From contig CM075988.1 in assembly GCA_038087875.1 (NCBI GenBank), forward strand, positions 2,232,001 through 2,296,000: 64,000 nucleotides of DNA, written 5' to 3'. The notes below the pieces were generated by a model that saw only the letters and a list, made by a program, of their open reading frames with translations, was not told the DNA's origin and searched no databases. This DNA comes from Malacoraja senta. Lineage: Eukaryota. Within the stretch, counting starts at the first letter, position 1, and every line of letters starts with the position of its first letter. The translations under genes and the position numbers were made by a program. Of this stretch, positions 35,989 through 48,721 are shown in pieces.

Positions 35989-37089
35989 TCTATTAGCTTT
36001 TTGGGGTATTAAGTGGATGAGAAAGGGGGGAAACCAGCGGTTGTGATTTTGGACTTTGACATGACACCACACAAGATATGAAATAAAATTCAAGCTTGCA
36101 GAATTGGGGTTGATTAAGGATTGGTTAATGGGAATGTGACTTAGTTGGAGACAACTGATCACTTTTGGCTGGGAGGCTGTCAGTAGTGGCTTTGAAGCCA
36201 CTTTATTGCCTTCCCTCACAGTGGGAATCGTTGATTCTGCAGTGTGGGATGTTCATGTTAAATTCTATCATGTATTGTTTTTATTCGTATGGCTGTATGG
36301 TAACTTAAATCTCGCTGTACCAATTGGTGCATGTGACAATAAATGTAACTTGAACTTGAAATTGGTGCCTCGGGTTTCACAATATTATATAGCAATGATT
36401 TGAATGCAGAAGTCTAACGTTCAAACTCCGTACAGACATCACCCGTAGTCGGGATCAAACCCAGGTCTCCGTCCGGGCTGCAAGTGCTGTAAGTCTGGGA
36501 AACATGATTTCCCAGACTATTTTAAAAGGGTTATGGATATGTTTTCAGAGGGGCCAGATTAGTTCCTTATATAGTTTATGGAAAACAATTAGAAACTAAT
36601 ATGTTGCCCTTTATTACAAGAAGGCTGGAATACAAGACATCTGCTGCAATTCCATGGAGGCCTGGTGAGACTGTGGTATATTGTGTTCACATCTGGTCAC
36701 CCTAACATAGGAAGGTTATATTTGCGATAGAAGGAATGCAATGAGCATATACAATGAGCTTTTGGTGGAGGGGCCAAATGATAACCTACTTCTATTTCTT
36801 ACATTCTTATATTCTTAATCTGAATCCATTCACTGGCTCTGGGATTGCATTTTCATAATTTAGTTAATCAAAATGTCTTCATTTAATTATTGTTCTTCAT
36901 TGTTCGCAACATTGCTAGTGTAATCTCGTTCCCCATCCTCTCCACATCTTTGACAGTCAAGTCGTGACTATATTTGTCCTTATTCACACTTCCATCTCAT
37001 TGCTTTAAAATAAGCATGACAGTAAATGGTAGAGATCTAGGCAATAATAATGTCCTGCCGCTTCACACAAAATTCTGTCCCTCTCTTTT

Positions 37090-37320
37090 AGTTTTTAGTT
37101 TTATGATACAGTGTGGAAAAATCAGTTATGGTCCACTGAGTCCACATTGGCCATCGACCACTCATTCACCAGTTCTATGTTATCCCACTTTTGCATCCTG
37201 CACACCAGGGACATTGTACAGAACCTGCAAACTTGCACGGCGTTGGAATGTGGAAGGAAACTGCAGTCAGGATGGAACCCGGGTCTCTGCCGCCCCGCTG
37301 TGAGGCAGCAGCTGTACAGC
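37090..37320 (-). mobile_element. HE1-like SINE fragment
   Basis: (TTTAG)n followed by ATACAGTGTGGAAA..., the reverse complement of the SINE tail. Confidence 0.65.
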
Positions 37321-37792
37321 TGTTCATCTATTTCATATGGTTCAGCTTTATTGGTGGCATTTTACAAAAGATTTTCTGCCATCCAAGTTTAGTGTCTCCA
37401 GAATTTCCTTAATTCATGAGTTCTGATATCTGCTCACAGAACTATAACAGACTTGCTTTGTATGATCTTTCTTCCCCATATTATGTCAATTTATTTTTAT
37501 AACTTTGTTCTGCTGTTTATATCAAAGTTTATTTTTAATGCTAGAATCATTACTGGAACTGCCCTGCTTCTCTCATCAGTGTTCAGAAAATGCAATTGTT
37601 AATAGTCAAAGCTTCACGTTCCTCCACTCACGCTTTATGGAGGAACTTTAATTAATAATGGCTGCTAATAGCTCAAACTTTTCAGGTGTAGAGAACCATG
37701 AAGATAGATGAGATTTGATTATGGTTTAACCCGTTAATGCAGCCTTCTCTAGGTGTAGGTCAAGATATTGACGGAACTGAAGAATTTAAAAA

Positions 37793-38005
37793 AAGACACA
37801 CAGTGCTGGAGTAACTCAGCAGTCAGTCAACATCTCTGGAGAACATAGGTGACGTTTCAGGTTGGCACTATCTTCAGATTCTGAAGAAGGGTCCTGAGCT
37901 GCAATGTCACCTACCCATTTTGTCCAGAGATGCTGCCTGATCCGCTGAGTTACTCGAACACTGTGTTTTTCTGTAAACCAGCATCTGCAGTTCCTTGTGT
38001 CTACA
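37793..38005. repeat. Degenerate palindromic Penelope-derived repeat (two terminal repeats back to back)
   Basis: GCTGGAGTAACTCAGC...GGTGACGTTTC...TCTTCAG followed by CTGAAGAAGGGTC...GTCACC...GCTGAGTTACTC. Confidence 0.75.
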
Positions 38006-38862
38006 AACTGAGAAATCTTATGTTACAGATTTGTTGTTATTGCATTTTAACCATCTTTCTGTATATTTCTATGAATTATCGTAAATAAGCATGGAAAGTC
38101 AAGCTTGCTTGCACTGGCCTTGTAATTTCTGCTTTTAGAACTAATTGAAAAATGTGTTTAGCACACTGCATATTCAGCAAATAGCGCTTCAGCAGCATTC
38201 TTGACTTGATAAACATTGACATATATTTTCACGTGCAGTAGAGAATGACGTAAATGTTACCAAAGGAACTTGGCTTGTGGAAATTATCCCCGAGTTCAAA
38301 ATTGAGTGTTTTTGGAAATGTCTGGGCAGGAGATCGTTCTACTGATTGGGAATCGTGTTCAGAGATGTATAACTAGAAATATTACTCCTTTTAAGTCAAA
38401 CTGGCTGACCATCAGAGACTTATTCATAATTTTTCCATTTTACAGCATTTAGCTGGTAGCCTTCAATGCTTGGCGATTCAAATGCTCTTCTAGATGTCTA
38501 AATGTTTTGTCTTTACCATTCTATCAGGCAGTGTGTTCCATGATACAAACATCCTCAAAGTACTGTTCATCTGATCCCCTCCAAACCTCCCTAAATCTAT
38601 GACAGCTAGTTTTATACATCAATGTCTGGTTCAAACGTCACATCTTTCCTTAACAGTGTTGTTACGATCTCTATCTCCAATATGCTCTGCTGTTTGTGTG
38701 GATTTTAAAATTCTCCCAGTGACTGGATAGATCTCCTCTGGAGTGCTCTGGTCTCTTCCCATGTTTGAAACACATCGGTTAGTTATTAATTGTTCACTGA
38801 ATAGATAGAAAAGGTTTAAAGGAATATGGGCCAAACATGGGTAAATGGGACTAGCTTAGATC

Positions 38863-39402
38863 AGTTTAGTTTATTGTCATGTGTACTGAGGTACAGTGAC
38901 AAGCTTTTGTTGCGTGCTAGCCAGTCAGCAGAAAGATAATACATGATTACATTCGAGCCATTTACAGTGCATAGATACATGATAAGGGAATAACGTTTGT
39001 GCAAGGTAAAGCCAGCAAAGTCTGATCAACGATAGTCCGAGGGTCACCAAAGAGGTAGATAGTAGTTCAGCACTGCTCTCTGATTGCGATAGGATGATTC
39101 AATTGCCTGATAACAGCTGGGAAGAATCTGTCCCTGAATCTGGAGGTGTGGATTTTCACACCAATACCTTTTGCCTGATGGGAGAGGGGAGAAGAGGGAG
39201 TGGCCAGGGTGCGACTTGTCCTTGATTATGCTGCTGACCTTGCCGAGGCAGCGTGAGGTGTAAATGGAGTCAATAGAAGGGAGGTTGGTCTGTGTGATGG
39301 TCTAGGCAGTGCCCACAATTTGCTGCAATTTCTGGTGGTCTTGGATGGAGCTGTTCCCAACCCAAGCTGTGATGCCTGATATAATGCTTTCTATGGTGCA
39401 TA
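38863..39402 (-). mobile_element. Rex1/Babar LINE 3' fragment, same family as 62903-63935
   Basis: TIESIISGITAWVGNSSIQDHQKLQQIV, and a 3' UTR nearly colinear with 62903-63300. Confidence 0.85.
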
Positions 39403-39802
39403 GAGATGGGACATCCCCTCCCCCCCTCGTCTCCATCCAAGGACCCAAGCAGTCTTTCCAGGTGAGGCAGAGGTTCACCTGCACCTCCTCCAACCTCATC
39501 TATTGCATCCACTGCTCTAGGTGTCAACTGCTCTACATCGGTGAGACTGTGCAGGCTTGGCGATCGCTTCGCCCAACTCCTCTGCACAGTTCACATTAAC
39601 CAACCCGATCTCCCAGTGGTTCAGCACTTCAACTCCCCCTCCCATTCTGTATCCGACCTTTCTGTCCTGGGCCTCCTCCCCCCACCCCCCCCCCCCCACC
39701 ACCACATCGGTCTGAAGAAAAGTCTCGACCCGAAACGTCACCTATTTCTTCGCTCCATAGATGCTGCCTCACCCGCTGAGTTTCTCCAGCATTTTTGTCT
39801 AC
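39403..39802 (+). mobile_element. Penelope-like GIY-YIG fragment plus terminal repeat with a hammerhead-like core (39712-39739)
   Basis: FTCTSSNLIYCIHCSRCQLLYIGET (the GIY-YIG motif), RLGDRFAQ, PVVQHFN, and CTGAAGAAAAGTCTCGACCCGAAACGTC. Confidence 0.9.
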
Positions 39803-40129
39803 CTGAGATGGGAAGACCTAAATGCTCTTAGCAGTATTTGCGATGTAACCAATTGAACTTTTATGATAATGTTTTGTATGTCTTAGACTGGCAATAGAAT
39901 CTAAGACATGGTTCCACCTAGAGGCCATTGCCAAACTGGAACCTGGCAGTCCAGCACACACCCAATGATACCTGACTACACAAGCCAGATTCAGATTGTC
40001 ACTTTGACAATGACTATGAATGAGGTTGGTGCAGATCCAGAATCATTAAGGTGGTGGGTGCAATCAATCAAAATGCAAACTGTGCCCTTACTCTCTTTGG
40101 GGAGTTATTGAAAGGCTCCTGGGGTGCTG

Positions 40130-40973
40130 TCGAGTATGGCTGCCCACCCAGCAGCTGTTAGTCTTTTCACCCTTTTTTTTATTTTTAGTTAGTTAAAAGT
40201 GTTTGTTTTGGAGGTCTTTTAGTCTTTTTATGTGGGGGGTGGGAGGGGGAAACTTTTCTCAGTCCCTACCTGGTCGGTTGCGGCTTTTCTCCGAGCCGTA
40301 TCTTCGCCCCTTCCTCGCGGCCTACGGGCAGACTGGAGAGGCGTTTCCCTGCCGGGACTGGCCAGGACTTCAGCTTCGGCGGCGGCACAGCGCTGAAGCA
40401 CCATCGCGGAGCAGGCGATGCCTTACCCGGGTCGCCGTGCAGTAAGCTCCGGAGTGCTGTGACCGCCGGCTCCAACATCGCGGAGCTGTGGTCTGCGGTC
40501 TGCGGTCAGCGGTCTGCGGTCTGTGGAGCTTCCAGCCGCGGGCGGCGCTATGCTTTAAACACCGCGGAGCCTGGGATCTCACGACGAGGTCGCCAGAGTC
40601 GGAGCATCGACCAGCGCGGCTCATGGACTTCGGGAGCCGCGGTCTCCTGGGAGGAAGCGGCCGCTCCAGACACTCCGGGCCGCCGAGAGTGTTTACCCGA
40701 CACCAGAATTTCATCATCCAGCGAGAGGGCCTGAAGCATTGGGCTGCCGTATCGGCGACTGCAGAGGCCTCAATAGGCCCCGACTATGGGTGAACTGGGG
40801 ATGGGACTGGACTTTGCTGCCTTCCCCCACAGTGGGAACCATTGTGGGGGGATGTTTTTATGTTTATTGTTAAATTCTTTAATGTTATCTTTATTTGTGT
40901 GCTGCATGGCAAGTCAAATTTCACTACACCAATTGGTGTACGTGACAATAAATGTTTCTAAGTCTAAGTCTAA
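40130..40973 (+). mobile_element. GC/CpG-rich non-coding retro-element with a Rex1/Babar-type 3' tail
   Basis: No credible ORF. Ends in two hairpins, GACAATAAA and (TCTAAG)n. Possible TSD GGTGCTG (40123-40129 / 40974-40980). The 5' block resembles 54818-54900. Confidence 0.65.
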
Positions 40974-41408
40974 GGTGCTGATAAGTGGACCAGTCAAGTA
41001 GGGCAACTTGAGTTTGCCAATTGCGGAGGGATTCGGTATTCAACCCGCGCCAGATAGGGACGTCTGCTTCGGGTTGGATATTAAAAACTCTAAGCAATGA
41101 GTCTCAGGTAGGGGTCAGGTTGGATTTCATGATAAGAATACGAGTCTAAATGATCATGGATAAGAGAGAAAAAGTCCTTGTTACTTAATGGAAAAATATT
41201 GGTGAATTCCAAACTGACTTTGATGATAGTGTCAAAGAGTGTGAAGGTTTGTTTTTCAACATGGAGGCCTGTGATCAGTGTGCTGTGGAGTTTGCTGCTG
41301 GGTCCATTGTTTTTTGTTATCCACATTGATGCCAAAATTGGTGGTATAGTGGGCAGTGAGAAAGGATATTCAAGTTTACAATAGAATCAGTTAGGAAGTT
41401 GGGCCAAG

Positions 41409-42322
41409 CAGGCACGGAAATCGCTATCAAAACATGGAGGGGACAGGGGGGGCACAATTTCTTGGCGGCACACACTCACACTCGCTCGCTCGCGCACGCA
41501 CTCGCGTGCACACGAGGCTTCGGAGGCTTCAGCCGTGGGCCCTATGGATGGTAATTAGTGACGGGTGACGGCAGTCGCCGAAAAAAATCGCGTAAGGCCC
41601 ACAGCCAGCGCAGAGAAGCAGTGCTAAATGCAGCTCAACTCTGCCTGTTCCGCCAGGTTAACCTACAGCCCTGCCTGGACTGACGGGACACCAGTCGGGA
41701 GCCGTGGAGCTAGCGCTGCTTCTCCGCGCTGGCTGTAAACCTGAGCCGTCGTTGGCAGGCAGAGTTGAGCTGGGTTTAGCGCTGCTTCTCTGCGCTGGCT
41801 GTGGGTACCGCTCCCGTCTGACTCCCGATGTCTCTGGCCACCTCTGGGCGTGGTGGGGGGGGGCCACTCTGGTGGGGGCGGGGATGGTCCAGTGGCGGTG
41901 CGGCAGCGATTGCAGCGCCGGAGACCCGGGATCAATCCTGGCCGCTGATGAGGCACAGGTCTGTGTCCAGGGCTGCCGAGAGTTTTTCGTTTGACCTGGG
42001 CACGCAATTCAAGCTTTGATCTTTGCCCCACGCGCTCTATCCTCAGTCCCATCCCCCTACGTCCGCCTCTGACCGACACTTCCCTCCTCCAATCATCGCG
42101 CCGAATTATCATGGCCCCACCCCCATTGCCTGCTGACCGACGTCTCTCTCGTCCAATCGGCGCCCTCGATCAGCAGTCCCACCCCCACTGTCTCGCGGAA
42201 AGCGGAGATTTCACCGAGTTTTAAAATCCGGATTACAAAAAATGGGGGGGATTGTCCCCCACCTCTCAAAACAGGGGGGGACGTGTGTCTCCCCCCCCCC
42301 CCCCCCGGGATTTCTGCCCCTG
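41409..42322. mobile_element. Non-autonomous hAT element (914 bp) inserted in an old CR1 fragment (~41200-43140)
   Basis: Imperfect 14-bp TIR CAGGCACGGAAATC / GATTTCTGCCCCTG and a perfect 8-bp TSD GGGCCAAG (41401-41408 / 42323-42330). Confidence 0.88.
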
Positions 42323-43167
42323 GGGCCAAGGAATGCCAAATACAATTTAACTCCCAAGTGTCAAGTGTGAATTGTAATATGTCAAATATAGTATGTCAAA
42401 CACGGGGGGATTTACACAGTAAATGATGGTGCCCTGGAGAGTGATGTCTTACAGAGATCTAGGACTACACGTACAAAGTTGCCGGAAAGTGGTGGGTCAG
42501 GTGGGCAGGGTGGGGAAGAAGGCATTTGGCACGCTTAGCTTTATTGGGAATGGTATTGAGTTCAAAGGTTGGGGTGTCACGATGTAGCTGGACAAGTAAT
42601 TGGAGTATTGTGCTGTTCTCGTCGCCCAGATATAGGAAGGATGTCAATAAGTTGGAAAGGGTGTTCATAAAATTCATAGGATATTACTTGGACTTGTGTA
42701 CGTGTTATAGGAAGAGGCTGGTTAGGTTAGGAATATTTTTCTTTTGGGTGTTGGAGGCTGAGGAGTGACAGTGAGATGTAAAAGATCACGAGTGGTATGA
42801 GAGTGAACGGTCAGACTTTTTCCTACGGGAGAGGGCATGTATAAAGCATATATCAAATTAGAGGGCATATATAAAGTGAGAGAGGAGGGATTTAGGGGGG
42901 ACCTAGGGAGGCAACTTTTTCATTGGTTCTCCAGTATCTGGAATGATCTGCCAGAGGAAGCTATCGACAAATACAATTATGACTTTTAAAAGACTTTTAG
43001 ACAGATATCTAGGTTGGACGGCTTTTCAGGATTATGGGTCAGAAGCATGCAAATGGGTCTAGCCCAGAATGCCAACTTGGTTGGCATGGACAAGGTGGGA
43101 AGCAGCATTTGTTTCCATGCTGTTTCACTCTATGACTATGACCATTGATTTGAAGAAAGGTTTGTTA

Positions 43168-43435
43168 GTTCTTCTTCTGTCGTGTGTCTTTTAGACCTGC
43201 AGCTCCGTGGAGGCGAGCCAGGCCAACGTGTCATCGTCCAGGTCAATCAGACCTTGTTCACCATTCGGTAGCCGGTGTTTGGGGCAACTGGTGACTATGT
43301 GCTCCACTGTCTGTGTTGGGTCCCCACACTCGCAGAAGGCGCTGTCCACGAGGCCCCACCTCTTCATCGCTACTCCATAGCGTCTGATGCCTGTCCTCAA
43401 GCGGTTGAGGGTTGTCCACTGCTTTCTGATAAATA
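43168..43435 (-). mobile_element. 3' end of an Ingi/Vingi-like (I-group) LINE with a C-terminal CCHC motif
   Basis: WTTLNRLRTG...MKRWG...CECGDPTQTVEHIVTSCP, a very short 3' UTR and a (GAA)n tail. Confidence 0.65.
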
Positions 43436-46400
43436 ACAACTGATCTGTACTTTTGCCATGCTCTTGTGCATCTGTCCTCTGATGGTTCAGTGCTGATCTC
43501 CACTGCTATTCTCTGCTGTTGTGTTCTGCATTATTTTGAGAGAATAGGCAGAGGCAGCACTGTGAACGCTGTAAAATGGCTATTTCCCTCTCACCTTCTT
43601 GGGTCAAGGCCACAAGCGAGGGATCTGACTGTTTAAAATCTGGCCTGGAAAGCTCAACAGCTGAACCCAGCAGCAGGAAATAAAGTAGGTGAGTGAATGC
43701 ATTTTAAATTGGCTGCTGTGTCAGGGGCTGGCTAATGAGAACTTGTAGCTGAATCTAGACTGTGGACTGAACATTGGACCTCTCTACGATGCAGGCAAAA
43801 GGATTGTGATATTTGTGAGTAGAGGTATCGTGATAATAATCTGTGTTTGGAAGAAGGTATTATTGGTAATGCGATGGAATCTCAACTTATCACCCAGAAT
43901 ATCATCAAACCCAACTAGGTATCTAAGATGCACAGTATTGTTGAAAACTATAATGGTTGATTGTGGATAGCCAACAGTTAGCACAGGGACAGTTCAGATG
44001 CTTGTCTCCTGGCTTTATCAGGTGGAATGGATCCCACTGAGGATATATGTGTGACATTTTCATTTGCGAGAGCTGTATGAAATCTATTAATGGTAATGGG
44101 ATTTACAGAATTCCCCTTTTAACAGAATCAGTGCCTGTGCTGACAGTCTGTTGTGCAGATTGCTGCTTTAATTCACTGCCAACTCTCAGTGATTTACAGT
44201 TCAGCTTCGCAATCACTTATTCTGCAGTGGTGGGAAAACGTTTTGAAGCTGGACTCTTTCAGTTTGAAGCATTGTTTTGGGTCTGAATATGAAGGCTTGA
44301 ATATTTGAACTACAATTACTAACTCGTGCTGGAGAGGCAGTGAAACTTTGCATGGGAATCATCCAAACCTGTCCTGAGTTCCACAGTAAAGTAGCTGTAG
44401 ACATGGGGCACTGGTGGATCCCCACATATCTCAGTGGACAAAGTTCTTTTTACATGGTGAGTTCATCGAAATCTGCATTTATCAAAAATTACTAATAATT
44501 GAAAACGGTGTTTTTGGCATCTTCAAACTATTTATCTCTTAATCTTCAATGGATAGCCTGCGAACAAAGCTTAACACTGTATCTTGGTACAGGTGACGGT
44601 AATAAACCAATACCAAGATGGTTGTTTATCCAGTTGTCTCCGAGATTTCAATTTTGACCAAAAGTCACAAGTATCCAAAATGTCAAGGTTATCCGAAAGA
44701 TCAAAAGAGCAGCATTATTGGCATACCAAATATGACTGTAATTATCACAACACACACATCCAAACAGACATGCACTATACATTTGTTTTTCATGCAATGG
44801 ATTGGTTAGTACAGGCTAATAAATAACGTTTGCTCATTTCATTAATCAATTGATCTGAACAATTTCATTGGTGTTGGTCATATTTTGATACTAGCTACAA
44901 TTATAATGCTTTGCTAATTTGGCATTTTGTTTAGCTGCAGAAGATTTTACAACTAACCTGCTGCTGGCAACTGCTATGGTTGTTAATTTTGCCAGTGGAT
45001 TTATTAATAGAAATTGCTGTGTGTTGACCGAGCAATAGCAGTTCTCTTTATTTCCACTTCCAGAATACCTTTCAAACTCTCACATTCAACTAGCACTGTC
45101 CATTTATAGATCCTCGTTGGCTTCTGAAATGATCTATGGTTTTTAAGACAAATACGATGTACTAATGCTCGCAAATATGAGAAAGCAAAATGTCAGAAAC
45201 AGCAGGTTCAGTTTTGTAATGTTGGGATTGTTCCCAGGTTATGGCAGTGTTCCTTTCCTGTGAACTGTTTGTAACCCATAAACTGAGTTCCTATAAGGCA
45301 GGAAATACTTGCAATCCTGCAGCTGCTGGTAAATCCATCCTGCTGATTTCATGAACCTTTGTTCGTATGTACGGTCTGTGCATAAGTTGTGCACCTGCAA
45401 CTTGGGAGAAACTTGTAATCAGTTTAAGCTTCAGGGTTCGGTTCTTTTGCTCAAATTGTGCGGATGCGTCAGCATTCCAAATTTAACCGCGAATTTAAAC
45501 ATGTAGATGAATATGTTATGCATCTCCGGCTCCTCACTGAAATTCTCTGTTTCTCTGGAAGTGTCTTGAGATCTGAACTATGCTGAGGAATGTGCGACAG
45601 AAGGTTAACGTGTGTACAGGTGTTACACAGTAAAGCTCTTTGGTACTGGGCTGGCAGCCATTCTAGACTATTACATGTTATTCCTGTTAATACCACAAAA
45701 TACATTTAATTTGATTTATTTTTAATATTGTTCAGTATAATATAATTTCTGGTGCATCTTGTAAAATGAAGTGGAATATGGGAAACAGTGTTCTGATGGG
45801 TTTAACAAGAGAGCAGGAAACATCACCTGCTCAGCCAGGTAATGAATCGGGGATTTCTGAATATTTGGTCAATGGATTATCAGAGTTTTGCAGTAATTGA
45901 ATAGGTGGTAATGTGCGTGTTAATTTTCAAGGTCAGTTTATTGTTACATGTACCAATTAAGGTACAGTAAAATTTGAGTTACCATTTTGTACTCGAGGTT
46001 ACTAGTTATTCACATATTAGATTTATATTGTTTTGGAACAGCTGTCAGAGCCAGAGTATAAGGATATCTGGATGTTATTTTTCCTGAATCTGCTTTGCAA
46101 TTTAATGGCATTCAGCCAGTAGTGATAGTTGAACTTAAATAAGAGAATGAATTTTAAGGAATAGTTTAGCAATGGTTCAGAATTAGTTCTGACAATAAAA
46201 CATGGGAACAACAGTAGGCCATTTGTTCTGCAAAACACAATGTGCTGGAGGAACTCAGCAGGTCAATGAACAGGTGATGTTTTGGTTCTGGTCCCTTCTT
46301 CAGATTGATTGGATTGGGACTTTTCTTTGAACCTGTCTTGTTTTGCTAAATTGTGTTAAGCTGCATCTCAATCTAATTTAGACCTATATTTTAGCAGAAT

Positions 46401-46939
46401 ATTTATATTATAAATTGGATCCAAGTTTTATGTAGAATCCTTCTCCAGATTTTAAGACTATTTTCCTGAACTGCTGTCCAAAATGTTGCCCTCTACTTTA
46501 TCCTTTTAAGAATTCTAGAAACGATCAAATTGTTCATTTAACGCAGTGCAGGAAATACAAACCCAGTTTACATAATTCCCATGATAACATAACGCTTGAA
46601 GGATCGAACCCGGCTCTCTGGCGCTGAAAACTCAGTAAGGCAGCAACTCTACCGCTGCGCCAACGTGCCGCCCTAAAGTCTGGTAATGTGCTGGTCAATA
46701 TGTGACAATTCCACCCAAGGCCTCTTGAAAATGCTATCCCCAGAACAGAAGACGCATAGTGCTTTAAACTAGGTCTATTGCAAAACCTGTCTGCTTAATA
46801 TTCTGGTTGTTTTGTTGCAAAGGCTTGTTACAAGGGAACAGGTTCAAGGATCTGGCTAGTAGAACACAAAAAGGCTCACTCGTTTGTTTAGTTGCAAATC
46901 AGATTTATTGGCAAGAGAGAGAACAAAAACAATATATGT

Positions 46940-47270
46940 CTGGGTATACGCGGAGCCTGTTTTACAGCAGCACACCTTCCTCTCTCTGCCTCCGTCTGCG
47001 GCGTTGATCGCGACCCAGCCCGTCAGTGAACCCCTCTCGTACAAGAATTAACTCCTGGCTTCATACCGGCAGGAGTCAGCCATTGAAAATAACCGCCATT
47101 AAGTCCTGGCCAATAACGCCGCTTCCAAATTCAAACTGCAACCAATGTTGGGGCCTGCATCCGAGCGAGCCCCTCCTTTGGAAACAAAGTGCTATTGGCC
47201 GCAGACTTGGCGTGCAAGGCAACACACACACAGCGCTACCAGCTTGGCGCGTAAAGTTTTAAACAAAGTG
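46940..47270. promoter_or_regulatory. CpG-enriched unique segment with three CCAAT boxes (candidate promoter or enhancer)
   Basis: CCAAT at 47110 and 47142 (32 bp apart), ATTGG at 47194, AACAAAG motifs, and locally retained CpGs. Confidence 0.3.
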
Positions 47271-47394
47271 CTGTTGACTGCAGCGCTATCAGCCATTGAA
47301 CATAATGCTACCGGCCACAGCGCTATGAGGCTTTATACATAGCGCTACCGGCCACAGCAGTATCAACCACGGATTGTTTTACAATTTTACATAG

Positions 47395-47600
47395 GAATAT
47401 TTCACCTCAAATCAGCCTTTGACTCAAATCATCGTAGTGGGATCCCTCGTATTTCGCTGTCCTCAAACATTTGTTGTAATTGCATCGTTCTGCTCCATGA
47501 CATACAAGCCATGATCCTCACTGATGGATCCACCAAAGACCCAATCCCACTGTACACTGTGATTAAGCAAGACTGTTATCGCTCCAACGTTTCCCTCCAA
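47395..47600 (+). mobile_element. Highly degenerate RTE RT fragment
   Basis: Residual AFDS...LLHD...G.T.DPIP...KQ.C.IAP motifs across frames. Confidence 0.45.
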
Positions 47601-48721
47601 TACTGCTTACCTTTTTGCGTTCCCAACTGTATCCAATCTATAGATGAAAACGCTTACATTTTTGCCTCCAGAGCCACAATTAGTCCTTTCTCAGTCATCA
47701 ATCTCTGGGATGCAGATGATAAAGACATAATGCTTTCCAGCCTGTTGTTGATTCTTGCACCAGATCTTGTATCTGCTACTGCTACATGGCGCTGCTTCTG
47801 ACGATTAGGTTCTATGAACCTTCCCCTTTGCTCTGGCTATTGTACTTGAGTTTTACTTGATTGTATTTATGTATTGAGGGAGGCGGACGAGGCTCTGGAA
47901 ATATGGCCCGGCTGGAGCCAGCGGATCCGCTACCATAGCTGCCTCCTGAGGCTGACTTGTGTAGGAAGGAACTGCAGATACTAGTTTAAACCGAAGATAG
48001 ACAAAAAGCTGGAGTAACAGGCAGCTTCTCTGGAGAGAAGGAATGGGTGACGTTTCAGGTCGAGACCATTCTTCAGAGGCCGACTTTGCAGGTCGTTATC
48101 TCAATCCCCTGATGGAGGCGGACCATTCCAGTACCATTCTGCTCCTCTGAGAGGCCCGACAGGTGAGCCCGCCCACCACATTTTTGGTAGATTAGGCAAA
48201 TCTTGGGTTGGCGGGGAAAGTGGCTCCTTGACCCCGCAGGCGGCCACCAGTCCCACCCTCATTGGGATTTCCAAGGACAACTTGTTAACCGGCGCCCGGG
48301 CTACCTGTCCAAGAAATGCAATTTTTGCCATAAATTTAATTTACATTTAACATTTGGTTATTGTTTTTAGTTTCTCGCAGTCCATGGTGCTTTAGAGAAA
48401 CGGGAGGGTCTTTAGCAGATCAGAGGTATATAGTAACATTATTGCTTGAGCTCGGTTGGCCTGCCAAAACAATAATCTGGCAAGGCTCAAGAACCAAGGG
48501 TGCTGGAAAACCAGTAGTAGACCTGTACTAGACATGTGCCACCAGTACTGCCTGCGTATTGTGCTAATTTCATTGACGGCATAAGGGATACATTATCGTC
48601 TTCCTCTCCCCGGTCAACGTCCCCAGTATCAAGAATGATCAAGTTTTCATAGTTCCAATATGTGAGTCACATAACTATATGCCTGACTCTAGACTCCTAA
48701 AACTCATGTTACTTGACTCCG

